Below, one piece after another: positions 15,001 through 28,120 of a DNA stretch of 64,000 nucleotides. Every line of letters begins with the position of its first letter. The first letter of the stretch is position 1. A model generated the notes under the pieces. The model was given only the letters and a program-made list of their open reading frames with translations, was not told the DNA's origin and made no database searches. The stretch spans positions 9,063,619 through 9,127,618 of the forward strand of contig CM119269.1 of the NCBI GenBank assembly GCA_051294375.1, written 5' to 3'. The DNA comes from Paraspadella gotoi (lineage: Eukaryota; Animalia; Chaetognatha). The position numbers were made by a program, and so were the translations under genes.

Positions 15001-18000
15001 TAGCATATTAAGCTCACAGTAAATTTATAATGAGTGTGAAATTCAAACAAAAATACCTTAAATCAAATGTAATCAAGAAAATATAAGCCTATTTCAAGAT
15101 GAGAAGCCCATAATTACATCTTGTAATCTTAACTATACATGCACAATTTTGTGTAACTTTATCATAATATCATAATAATATTTTATGTTAAAAAAACCAG
15201 TGAAGTCCCGACAGGCCAAAGCCTAATGAATAAGCGTAGTAGTTTTTATATAGAAAAACAGCGTACGGACGACGCGACGACGAGCGGAGACGAGACCGAT
15301 CTCGGTTCAAAAAGAAAGCTCATAGATATAGATGATATATCATAGCCTGATACCGGCTCTCGTCCTGGCTCTGCTTGAATAAAAATTCTAAAACTATCTG
15401 GTCGGTACTAAACATCCACCAACCGTTCTTCCCAGCGCATTGGACGCCGAGGCACAGTCATCGTCTCCGCTCCTCCAACCCAAAGGTCCGGGGTTCTACG
15501 CTACGACTGTTCGCCTTCTTACTTCTTACCTAGCCTGTAACACGTGTTCCAGCCCTTGCATCGACGCTCCAGGGACTGCTTATATAACGGTCTGTCACTA
15601 AGTCACTTAGCAATTACGTCATGTCACTCAAATACTTTAATCGTTTCATAATTTACAAACAAAAGGTCAAGATGTTGACTTTTGGAACGAGGGAGAAATG
15701 TTACTTTTTCGCTATAAAATCTTTAAGTATTAATATACGTCATATCCTCGCAGGCGGTGCACAAGCAGAATTAGAACTGATTGACGCTTTTGGCTTCTGG
15801 TAAAGGACCTCGACAAAATATAGCGAAAGCTGGACTGATATGATTCTTCTTGAGAATTTTGATTAATAAGTTCTGAGTCAATATCAAGCGTATAAGGAGA
15901 ACCCTCCTATGAAGTAGAGAAAGATGGAGGAGGACAACAATTCCTCGGATGAGTTTGAGCATTAGTCAGTGAAATGGAATTCTTGAGCGGATAAGTGGAT
16001 ACTGCTATCCATCTGATCGCTAAGTTCATCCTACGACGCTTAGTATGTGAAGTTAATCTCAGACGCGTTCGCAGATTAACATAGAATTTTTGACCGTCTG
16101 CATATTATGAGAAATGCGTATGCGTAATTGATTATATCACGGATCGGGTAGAATTTTCACATCCTCGTCTGTAAATCGATCCTCTACTATCCCGTAATAC
16201 TTTATCGATTTTAACGAACTAAGACTCTTAATACTTATTTTCGTATAAATCTTCTTTCATCTCTCATCCAAATCGCGATATATAATCTACTGAAAAATAT
16301 TATATCGATATTCACTTCGTCTTACCCGCCGACTAAATTAATAAAAGTCAACGAGTAGTCACATAAGTGATCTACGAGCACGATACATGACTACAACATC
16401 TTCAAGGACCGGGACTTCAATAGTCGAAACACACGAAATCAAGAAATTTTGTCTTTTATTTTTATATCCTCTATTCTATCACTGTCTCTTAAAATTAAAG
16501 CTTTGAGGCAATCGAGTAATACTAATCGTAGTTTTGGCCATTCTAAATTGATTAGAGCAGCTCTGGAGGTCCTAGAATTCCAAATCTTAGAAAAGAGAGA
16601 AAGAAAGTACAGCTTGGGAGAGGAGAAAAAGAAAAAAGCAGCATCTGGAACGACAAAATTAGGAATCGATATAAGTCGTAGAAAAAGATCTCATAGGAAT
16701 CCTAGTTCACCGGGCGTAAGAACTGTGCGTGAAGAGAGGCGGGAGAATGTGAGAATATGGAATGTCGTGATTGGAGTTGAGGGAGGGGTTGTGAGTGGAA
16801 GATGCTAGGAGCGGCGGTAGATAAGGGAAGGCGTGGGGCACACGTGGCGCGGGACGAATCGGAGAGCCGTACAGAGGACAGGGGGAGGCGGTCAGGCCGT
16901 GGGAGATGGCGGTGGAGGGGACCGAGGCCGGGGATCAAGTGGAGATTGCGGCTAGGACCGACCAGGGGGAAAAGGGGTGAAAGGGAAATGAGGGCTGAAG
17001 AGGTGAACATAGGCGCTGGAACCTTAGTGATTAGGGAGGTGCTCGGATCCAGACAGAGGCAGACGGTAAATTAATTCTCACACCGCCGCCAATTGACCCC
17101 AACCCTCTCCTCATCGTCTTCCGATCTCTCCTAGTCGAATTAGTCCACTGAGGCCTCCTTAAATTCACATTTCACCCCACCCCCCCAGTCAACTCTTCCT
17201 CCTATCACCGGCGGAAATCAAACTTCTTCTCTCATAACTACTTTCTCTCCTAGCACTCTCACTCTCTCTCTCTTTTTCTTTTCTTTCTCTCGTACATCTC
17301 TCTTCTCGTCTATTTTTCTTCCTCTTAGGGACTTTTTACCAATTACTCCCAACTTAAAAGAGAAACGCATCGCGTCATTCGCTTTACGAGTATGTTCTTT
17401 ATCCTCCACAATTAAGTTTAAAAGAGCATACTTCTTTCAGCGTGCACCACATCACAGTGACCGAAGTCTTTCTTTTTGACAGAGATTTAGTGAAAATTGG
17501 TATCACATTATTGCACAACCAAATATACACACACATCCCTTCATTTAATAATAAAGTACTGCCTAAATTTTTGGCTCTGCCTCTATTCACTAATAAAAGA
17601 AATAATAACATATGAAACCACATGTAAAGATTCAATCAAATTCTCACACATAGTGTATTCATACCTCATAAGATTCCTCTTCCATATACGATAACTTGTA
17701 GTATTGAATAATCATAGCATCCGATTATTGTTTTCAATAGCTCATTATTTATAAGCTATGACTTCTTGAGTGAGTGTTCTCGTTCTAAAGCTACCCTGTG
17801 TTAGTGTTTTTCGCCATATGCGCATCGATTGCCATCTCATTTCACGTTCAGACTTCCTCTACTTCACATCTTTACTTCTTTTTCAATGCCCTACACTCAA
17901 ATGAACTTACCCGCCGCTCCCGTAGCGCATTTGTGCACGGTCACCCTATACCACGCCTATTCTCTTCTCCAATCCTTCGCGGCAATAGACACTTACGCAG

Positions 18001-21000
18001 CCACTACAACGGTCACACCCTTGACTCTCCTTGCTCATCCTTCACCATCAAACTAAACCGTACCCCACTACACGTCACCGCTTACCGCCCGCACTCTCTA
18101 CTCAATCCTTACACCAGATCAAATAACCTTAACCCCTACTACCCGGTCCTCCCCGTTACCTTCCTTTAATCCCTACTTATTCTCAATCCTGACCTCAGAT
18201 AAAACTTACCCCACTACCCGCCTCAGGATCATCCCCTTAACCCTTTAGTCCTCATTTCTTCATCCTACCGTCAAAATAAAGCACGCCCCACTACACAGGT
18301 CCCCTTTATACCTACCCTTGCTCAATCCCTACCATCAAAGTAAACTTACCCCATACCCGGTCCCCCTTTACCCTTCTTCACTCAATCTTACCCCACTCAA
18401 ATAACTTACCTTCACCATTACCGTGATCGATCCCTTCACACTGCCATCCCCTCTTATATCCTCTCCCTCTTCGGCAGGCTAACCACATACCTTCGATCCT
18501 GAGAATTCGCGATCTGAATAATGAGTTCTCTAAGTCTTCATTTCCTAAACTTGAGCGGAATATAATCACGGGACTTTCTCGCTCTCGGATGCTCCTCTCG
18601 AGATCTCGCTAAACCCGCCCACACAATCGATCCCCGGTTATGAAATCCTCACAGACCGAAGGTCATTCGGGGTCGCGGGGAATTTAAGCATGCGGCGTAG
18701 CGAGAGATGAGACGCGGAGTTATATTCAGTCACGAGAGACCTGCTGAGGAGAGCACCCTCCAGTCGTAGTCACAGATGCCATACAGAAAGGAGAGAGAAG
18801 GGAAGAAGAGATATGCAATGTATTACATATTGTTCGACGGGCAGCCGAAGAAAAGAATAGGAGGGGAGACGAAATTTAACAGTAAGATGGTAGAGACGAG
18901 AGAGAAGGAGAGAGAGAAGCGAGTCAGCGCAAGAAGGTAGAGATGTCGAGAGCGGAAGGCTGAGTGATGTTTAAAAGAACAGGAGGGGAGAAGGCGAAAA
19001 TCGTGAATATATTACAGGCGCGAAGTACGTAAAAAAGGGCACGCAGAGCGCCTCTCAGGACGAGAGAGAGGCCGCACCACAGACGATGCGCTACGGTTTC
19101 GGCTTCCGCTGGGGTCAAACGGTCCTCTTAAATTGACACCCGGTCTTTGAGTTCTAAGGAGAAACGATAGGACTACTATGGAGATTGCTTCTGGAGGGTA
19201 GAAAGAGAGAGAAGAGGAGGGAAGGAACGAGAGAGTAATGAGAGAGTCGTGACAAAGTTGGAGAGATATACTGTGAGGAGCCCCAAAACTTATTTTTGTT
19301 GTTTTCTGTCTCGCAAGAGGCAAAAGGTATTTTTTTGTATGGGGGTGGTTTAGTCTGCGAAGAAGGAGAGAGAGGAGATCGAGAGAGAGGAGAGAGAGGA
19401 GATGAGGGAAGAGTAAGCGGAGAGAGGAAGGGAAAAGGAGAGAGGAGGAGAGAGAGAGAGGAGAGGGAGAAGAGAGAGAGAGATTATAGAGATGCGAGGG
19501 GTCAGAAAACCGACCTCAGTTCGCTCGTTAACATCCGAAAAACCGAAGATTTTCTAATTTTAATTTATTTTCTCTCGTCAGCTTCGGGAGAAAGAGAGGT
19601 GGGGCGGAGGAAGCAAGTGCCATGTCGATCTAGTTAGGTGATTAAGTGCGACGGGTGAGCAAGGGCCTAGTCACGTTGCCCCACTATCAGGGAGAGGAGA
19701 TCAAAATCGGTGACGGTGCGATTTTATATAATAGGCTTGATTGGCAGGGCGAATGAGTGAGTTAGGGAATTTGCAGGGTGGTGCTTATTAATTCGAGCCT
19801 CTGTGTATATACTCTGATTGGCAGGGCGAAATTGAGGAGTTAGAGGAAATTTTGCCAGGGTGGTGCTTATAATTCGAGCCCCTCTTTGTGCGTCGGTGGG
19901 TGGAGCGAGACAGAAATGGGTGGGGCGGAGAGCTCGACCTTGCGGCGCCAGTCGATTGAAGAACCAAAGATACCCTCCGCAAGCCGAGGAATATGCGAAA
20001 CCGGATGCATTTTCGACCGAGACAACTGAAAAAATTCTCACCCAACTGGGACTTTCCCGCCAAAGAAAAAACTTCTCATCTTATATATCATACTGCATAG
20101 AAGAACAGAACATAACGAAACTCAAACTCAGCCGGCGGCATTGCTGGTACTCCAGACGCCAACTGCTGCGTTAGCCGAATGACGCAAGCGATGTTCACAC
20201 TGATCGGACAGCAAAGATCGGGTCGGTGCGTTTTTGAGTGAGTAACACATTAATATGAAATTTAAAATCGTTATCAAATGTAAAGTATAGTTGAATCAAC
20301 CATGTTGTGGCATATTGTATTAGCAAAAATGATTTTATGTGGGTGAGGGTTTGAGCATAGAATAATTTGGCACGGTAATCCGACGCCGGCTGGGTGCAGG
20401 ATAACACTTAGAGGCGGTAATTATCATGACGGCGGTAAGCGGGGATTGGCGGCGGGAACGCTCATTGAACGTCTGTTAAGGGTTTGCACTCACCTTGCCA
20501 ATCACAACGATTGAACGAGCCATGAAATCCGTCCAAATTAATTAGATATCAAAACGTCAGTACGTTATTAATGTTATTAATTGATTTTTATTAGTGCAAG
20601 AAATAATTATTAAGGATGAATAATGAATAATGATGTATAATATAATTTGTGTATGCAAAAATTAACTGATTGATATATTTTTATTACTTTTGCGCTATAT
20701 TCCATAATCTAACATAGCAACTTAGAGCTTGAACTTATACGATTCCAGACGAGTAAAAATTTCAGGACCATAGAAAAGTCATAGAAACTTTCAAGATCTT
20801 CGTCAACCGTGGCAATGAAACTCACACGCCACAGTTAGGATCCATAATTATAATACCGCGTCCTTTTCAATACTCCGTCTCTTCAAACACCCCAAATCCC
20901 TCATTCCTCTGCCCTCCTTCCTTCCAAAAACCCCACATAGCGCGAGCCATTGAAAGTTAGTCCTGTCCTCTTGTTATAAACTCATGGTTAGGAAGCTTAG

Positions 21001-21800
21001 AAGAAAAGCGCCGGCTAAAACTGAATCGAGATAAAAAGAGAAGTGAGGCCGGACTGTGCCGGAAATTCCGGTTTCTCACGGATTGTCAAATCAACAAAAA
21101 GGCGGCTCTGGTGGCGAGACGGAAGACTGGCTGGTTGAGGGGCGGCGCCGTCCTTAAACCAGGAATGGCGGCTCGGGTTGAGAAAGGGTCGGACTCTGTA
21201 AGCCCCAGTTTTGGTTGAACGGGAAAATCTCTAAAACCTGGGCTGCGCGAAGAACGCACGGGGTCTCTCTCACTTTATCTTTCGACTCTCCCTATCTGAG
21301 AGAGATAGGGAGAGCAGAAGAAGAGAGGCAGAGAGAGAGAGAGAGAGAGAGAGAAGAGAAGAGAGAGAGGAGAGAGAGAGAGAGATGGAGTATGAGCAGG
21401 AGTGGAGACTATTTGTTTTTTTCGCTCGTGAATCTTCGTTTGATCAACTCTGCAACGATCTTAAGACCTAGTTAAGAATTTCTTCGTTAATAATGTGTTG
21501 AAAATAAAATTAACAATTGTAAGACGCAACTTTTAAACGTAAATTCCTTCGAGCTTGCGATGGAGCTAGCAAGGTCGCCACAAAAAGGTGAAAGATCTTG
21601 ATGACCCGCTCCTGCGACTCATCAGTGAGAGAGTTCCTGTTTCAGAGAACGTTAAGAAGAATAAGATAAAAGTAGAAAAAGAAAAGAAAGAAAGGAAAGA
21701 AAAAAGAAGAAAGAAAAAAAAGAAAGGAAAGATACGCCGTTAAAATGGAATGTACTCACTCTCACCTCCGTTTCTCCTCTCCCCTCCTCTCTCTCTCTTC
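1..21800 (+). repeat. Error-rich, insertion-dominated duplicate of ~22830-34415; probable raw long-read gap-fill sequence
   Basis: Collinear shared anchors: gccgacttccaggcga (~390 vs ~23108), cctaatcgcag..ccgtcctaactct (~2603 vs ~24287), ctggcgacatccgggta (~3565 vs ~24941), gattgctgcttcccttctcgagagagac (~6430 vs ~26270), cgctggggtcaa..cggtcctctta (~19107 vs ~32113), aatggaa..tgtactcactctc (~21743 vs ~34364). A 25-N gap follows at 22610-22634. Confidence 0.9.
17990..18430 (+). repeat. Degenerate C-rich minisatellite (~50-60 bp unit) in the noisy region
   Basis: Recurrent aaacttaccccactaccc(g)gtcccc...ctcaatcc units. Confidence 0.55.
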
Positions 21801-24800
21801 CTCTCTTGTTTTTTGGTTCGTCGTCGTCTCGACTCTCTTACTTACTCTCTCGCTCTGCTCTCTGCCTCTCCTCTCTTTTGTGTTCATGCTTCTCCTTCAT
21901 TCTCCCTTCTACACTGATGCTTGTGCTCTTCTTCTTTTTTTTCTGTTCTTTCTTCTCTGGCTCTTCCTTCTCTCTTCTTGCTGTTTCTTCTATTCTCTCT
22001 TCTCCTTACGTTCTTCTTTCTTTGTCTCTCTTTTTTCTCACTCCTCTTTCTTCTTTGCTACTCTGCTCTGTCTCGTCTCTTGTTCCATTCTTTATTTTAG
22101 CTACTCCTGCTCTATCGATTCTGGTGCTCTACTACATGCTTGCTTTCTACTGTTTCTTCTTTTCTTCTTCTCTCTTCTTCTATCGTGCTCTTCTTTGGTG
22201 CTTCTCCTGTTATCTCTTTATTCTCTTTTACCTGTTTCCTTCTCTTTTTGATTCTTCTTACTTCTCTCTTAGTTTCTGTGCTTTGTTGTCTTATCTTTGT
22301 CTGGTTCTTTACTTCTTGTCTCTCTTGGTCTTCTCTTCTTCTCTCTTCTACTCTCTGCTTTGCGTCTGTTGCTTCTCTGCGTCTGCTTCTCTCTCTTTCT
22401 TTGTTCTCTGCTGGGCTTTGTCTTCTATTTATCTTCTCTCTCTCTTCTCTCCCTTTTTCTTCACTTTTTCTTCCTTGCGCTCTCTATTTTTCTTAGCTTT
22501 GTCTCATTCTCTCTTCTCCACTGTCTCAAGTTCCTCGTGTCTCTCGTCTCTCGGATCTGTTCCTCTCTGTATCCTTCTCGTCTGCTTGACCTGTGCTTGT
22601 CGTCATCCANNNNNNNNNNNNNNNNNNNNNNNNNTTATTTGATTCTGACAATATAAATTCTCAGTCATTTATGGATAAAGATTTTACAGCTTTTCAACAT
22701 TATGCCTCCGTTTTTAACCTTTTCTATGACCAATACAAAGTCCAATTTCGTATGTTATTCTTCCAGTAGTTTAAGATACAAAATAGGATAGTTTAACGAT
22801 AAGTCATATGAGATAGAACCAACTTTCTCCTTCCCAGACTTCTAAACGAGGCCCCCTGCCACTGTCGCCAGCCATCCACCTCCGGTCCGCCCCGTGCCTC
22901 GTTAAGACCGCGATGATTGCGCCCCTCAATGATGTGTGATATCTCGCAAATTATCAAGGGTTATTGTGCGGGAGACGGCCGGGGCGGCGGCCGGCGCTGC
23001 GGCGCGACGCTTGCGGCTGCCGGCGTTGTCGGCCGGCCGCCGCGGGACGGCGAACCGTGGCCGGGAACCCCGACCGAAGCATTATAAAGCCATTGAGACG
23101 CGACAACGCCGACTTCCAGGCGACACTAGGACCATATTCCGGGGGAAAGGGAGGAAGAGGGAGAGGGAGAGGGAGAGAGGTGGGNNNNNNNNNNNNNNNN
23201 NNNNNNNNNNNNNNNNNNNNNNNNNNNNNNNNNNNNNNNNNNNNNNNNNNNNNNNNNNNNNNNNNNNNNNNNNNNNNNNNNNNNNNNNNNNNNNNNNNNN
23301 NNNNNNNNNNNNNNNNNNNNNNNNNNNNNNNNNNNNNNNNNNNNNNNNNNNNNNNNNNNNNNNNNNNNNNNNNNNNNNNNNNNNNNNNNNNNNNNNNNNN
23401 NNNNNNNNNNNNNNNNNNNNNNNNNNNNNNNNNNNNNNNNNNNNNNNNNNNNNNNNNNNNNNNNNNNNNNNNNNNNNNNNNNNNNNNNNNNNNNNNNNNN
23501 NNNNNNNNNNNNNNNNNNNNNNNNNNNNNNNNNNNAGAGAGAGAGAGAGAGAGAGAGAGAGAATAAAAAGCACGTTTCATCGCGCGTGTGCGGAGAATGT
23601 GTCTGGCAGAGCGACGGCCGACCGCGCGCGATGCCGAGTCGCGTTTCTTTCTTTTTTCCTTTTTTTCTTTTTTTCTTTTTTTTCCCTTGAATCCGCGGTT
23701 TTTTTCTCTTAAATGAACGCCTCTCATTAGGAGGCGGAGTCGTCGGCGGCGGCGGCGAAAAACGAGTAGCAAGAATCCCGAAGTCAAATTAGTGATGAAG
23801 AGAAATGAGAAAAGGGCGGACAAGATTTTGATTCGAGCGAAATGATCATTTTTTTTGTTGACTTCTTATTTAATCTTGATTTAACAATAAAAAACCGACG
23901 CTAAGTGTATCCTGCACAGACGCCATTTTACATAGACGCTATCACGCACAGACGCCATAATGTAAAGACGCTAAGATACTTACTATTCGCTATAAAAATA
24001 TTGTTGTAATTGACGTTCAACTTCAAGTGAAGAATTTTGACTGAGTAAAAAACTGAATTCAAATGTGTAGCTGGCCAATTGGATAAGTTCTGACCCGGTG
24101 GCTCATGGAGCCATCATTGAGTCATTAGCAACCGATTTTGATCCCAACTCTTTTACTCTTCAGGATGAGTAAATGAGTTGGCTGAACTGATTCTAATCCC
24201 ATGGTTTGTTTAAAGATATAACTATTTAAATTTCCTTTAGGGTTAACCTCCTCGAGAAGACATTAGATAGGGACAGGGCTTAAAACCCTAATCGCAGCCG
24301 TCCTAACTCTTCCTGTCGTGTAAGTACCAGATTAAATTTAAACATCTTGACTGATGGATCTTATTCAAAGTTCATTTTTAATCAANNNNNNNNNNNNNNN
24401 NNNNNNNNNNNNNNNNNNNNNNNNNNNNNNNNNNNNNNNNNNNNNNNNNNNNNNNNNNNNNNNNNNNNNNNNNNNNNNNNNNNNNNNNNNNNNNNNNNNN
24501 NNNNNNNNNNNNNNNNNNNNNNNNNNNNNNNNNNNNNNNNNNNNNNNNNNNNNNNNNNNNNNNNNNNNNNNNNNNNNGACAAGATATATTGATTAGGATA
24601 ATTATATGAAGAAGCTTGGCAGGTACTAATGATTATCGAAAAAACCCTGACATGACATGAGATGACAACATGATCCTTGACAAGACATGATGATCCTTCA
24701 CTTCTTGACTTTTTCACTGAGCTCCATTCCTTTGTCATCCTCCCAACATCTCCTTCCCCCCTTCTCCCCCTTAAACCCTCGAAAAAACCAATCGGGGAGC

Positions 24801-25429
24801 ATTTCTGGGAAAAGCGGAGCATTTCCGAGAAAATCACCCAAAACCAAGTCGGCGCGAAAAAGCGGAGATTGAAGCCCGAGACCGACGCCTCTTTAAAGCC
24901 GCTTATAACTCGAGCGACCGACCGACGCGGTTCATTGATTCTGGCGACATCCGGGTAAGCTTGAAAAATAAGAGAGAAGTGCTGTTAATGCCATTACATA
25001 CTTAGTAAAAATCATAAAAGAGCTGAAAAAAAAAGATACCATTGATTTTTATACCATTTCCAATAACCAAAACAATATTATTCGTTAAGAGAGCATGTTT
25101 TAAGAGACTGACAATGTAAACTAATTATAAAAGACGCGGCAAGTTGCGTATTTTTTTTTCTTCTGTTAATCACAATCCCAACAAATTTCTAAAGAAAGAT
25201 GGCCGCCATTTCGGATTTTTTGTTTTGCAGCTTGAATCGATGACGTTCAACNNNNNNNNNNNNNNNNNNNNNNNNNNNNNNNNNNNNNNNNNNNNNNNNN
25301 NNNNNNNNNNNNNNNNNNNNNNNNNNNNNNNNNNNNNNNNNNNNNNNNNNNNNNNNNNNNNNNNNNNNNNNNNNNNNNNNNNNNNNNNNNNNNNNNNNNN
25401 NNNNNNNNNNNNNNNNNNNNNNNNNNNNN

Positions 25430-25461
<32 letters not shown>

Positions 25462-25709
25462 TTGCGGCGAGTTTAATTTTCTCCCGTCGGATACTCGAGG
25501 GCACAAAGGCAGTAAAGTGTTGCAATGGTCGAGACGAAAGGCCGACGCCAGCGACGCCGGTCGGCTTCTGTCGGCGGCGCCGCTCGGTTGATTGCCGACC
25601 CGACGCCGGAACTGACACGAGGGAGACCCAGAGTCACGTGACACGAACGGCGCTGACACGTGAAAGGCGCCGACGTCGATAGGGCATCGCAGGAATCGAG
25701 TGGAAGACG

Positions 25710-25912
25710 AGGCATTTAGAGGCGCGATATTTACAGGCGCGGTATCTGCGGCGCGGCATCTAGAGGTGGGGCATTTAGATACTCGGCATTTTAGGCACAA
25801 TATCAAGGGTTGGGCATCAGAGGCGAGGCATTTAGAGGCACGGTATAAGGGGAGTGGCATCAGAAACATACAAAGTATCACAGTCGCAGTATCTGAAGCG
25901 CGGCATCAGATA
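25710..25912 (+). repeat. Degenerate ~15-bp minisatellite (consensus like GGCATTTAGAGGCGC)
   Basis: ggcatttagaggcgc, ggtatctgcggcgc, ggcatctagaggtg, ggcatttagatactc, ggcatcagaggcga, ggcatttagaggcac recur at ~14-15 bp spacing. Confidence 0.7.
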
Positions 25913-26044
25913 GTATTCAGCATGTCATTGGGTTGAGAAAAATAGGACAAGGCAAGCCATGTAGCGGGCAATGCAAATTGCTAAGGAAATCTTGAAAGTA
26001 AAACTATGAAGAAGAAACATGTTTGATTTTGCTCACCCTCTCCT

Positions 26045-26078
<34 letters not shown>

Positions 26079-26978
26079 NNNNNNNNNNNNNNNNNNNNNN
26101 NNNNNNNNNNNNNNNNNNNNNNNNNNNNNNNNNNNNNNNNNNNNNNNNNNNNNNNNNNNNNNNNNNNNNNNNNNNNNCTCTCTCTCTCTCTCATTCCCTC
26201 TCCCTTTTCCAATGTCATAAAAACGGACAAAGGCCGCCTGGCGGTCGTGAGATGCGGAAAACGGTTCTTGATTGCTGCTTCCCTTCTCGAGAGAGACAGT
26301 TAGCTATGGTTATGAGCCGATCGCTGGGAATCACAAGCTGATTGGAAAACTTGCTTGTAATATTGAAGATTTTGTGTGTGAGAAATTGGGATTATCGGGA
26401 CGGCAGAGAGTAATATTTTGATCAACATACTTTCCAAATTAAAATTAAGATGAAATTCGTTTTACAAATTATTATACTTTATTATCCTTTGCATAAATAA
26501 ATCATTTAAGGCAAGCTCCACTAAGTCAAGTCTAAAGAGAAGCTCCAATATAGGAGTTAGGAGTTAATCTCTAGAGGCCGAAGAAAAACTATCTAAGGGG
26601 AGCAAAAAAAAAAAAAANNNNNNNNNNNNNNNNNNNNNNNNNNNNNNNNNNNNNNNNNNNNNNNNNNNNNNNNNNNNNNNNNNNNNNNNNNNNNNNNNNN
26701 NNNNNNNNNNNNNNNNNNNNNNNNNNNNNNNNNNNNNNNNNNNNNNNNNNNNNNNNNNNNNNNNNNNNNNNNNNNNNNNNNNNNNNNNNNNNNNNNNNNN
26801 NNNNNNATGGGGTGAGGAAGGAGATGTGATTTGGTAAGGTTTGTGATGGCGAGAGGTGAAAGTGAATGGTGAGTCTCTGATGGTGAGGTTATGGAATGAG
26901 TTTTGTGTGAGATGGACGATTGGTTGAATGAGACACGAAGCGAATGTGAGAATATTGGAGGAAATGAAGGAAATTTAG

Positions 26979-26980
26979 GA

Positions 26981-27076
<96 letters not shown>
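26979..27076 (+). repeat. (AAAG)n microsatellite
   Basis: Read directly from the sequence. Confidence 0.95.
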
Positions 27077-27596
27077 AAAAAGAAAGATTTAAACATACAA
27101 ACAAACGAACAAAATTAACCACAGAAGGCTAGTGATTCGAAAATATATGAAGACGAATGAATAAAAACAAAAAGCAAAATAAAAAAGAAAAACCAATTCC
27201 CGGAAGGGAGAAAATATTGACGACGTCGTCGTCATTGTCGTCGTCATCGTCGTCGATGGTCGGCTGCCGCGGAAAAGTTATTTGCCCTCCGGGAAGACGC
27301 GGCGTGATGAACCGGACCGGAAATGGCAGCGCTCGACTCGTAATATTGGCGCCGAGTGAGAAAGAATTGTTGATGATTCCACTTGGCCCTTTCTCTCTCT
27401 TCCTCGCTGGTCATTGGAGGGATGTGGAAGGGTGGAGAAAATAGGGGAGGTGGAAGGGAGAGAGAAAATGGAGGAATTTGAAAAGGAAAGAAAGGAAGGA
27501 AATCGGAGGAAGGGAGGATAGGAGAGGGAAATAAAGGAGGAAAGGAAAGGATATGAAAGGAAGAAAAGGAAAAGGAAAGAAGAGAAAAGATAGGAA

Positions 27597-27656
<60 letters not shown>

Positions 27657-28071
27657 AAGAGGAGAGAGCTGTAAAGAAGTGAGAGGGGGAAAAAGAGAAG
27701 AGAAGGAATAATTCCCTCGTTGAGAGAAATATGACGGACAGAGAAAGAAAAATGTGAAAGAATCAGTTGAGCTTCGGTTGAGCGAGAAGCGGTCAAAGGT
27801 AAATGACTAAATAGTCAAAAGACAAATCGATGAATTATAAAAAAATATATATTTATATTAGTTTGATTCATCAACATAAATTTTATCTCTCATCACATCA
27901 CCAATCAAGTTCAGCCCATTGACAAAGCCTCATCCCCAACGGTCGGTCAACTTCCTTTGTCCATGACTGCACTCTCTTTCACTCCAGCAGCTTCTTCCAC
28001 TCCAGTAATATCATCTCTTTCAACAGCCACCACCCAAGCATTAATCGCTTTCTCTCTCACCGAAAATCTGG

Positions 28072-28120
28072 TCTCTCTGGCCTCTCTGGCCTCTCTGGCC
28101 TCTCTGGCCTCTCTGGCCTC
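28072..28120 (+). repeat. 9-bp tandem repeat (CTCTCTGGC)n, ~5 copies, within a C-rich strand-biased tract (~27950-28520)
   Basis: Read directly from the sequence. Confidence 0.9.

Noticed and set aside
21745-22656. Long hydrophobic ORFs (168-278 aa) resembling membrane proteins
   Set aside because: They are translations of a scrambled CT-rich microsatellite at the end of a noisy read. Stop codons are absent simply because A is scarce.
22936-26303. ORFs of 100-290 aa
   Set aside because: They are open only because they run through N gaps and AG tracts.
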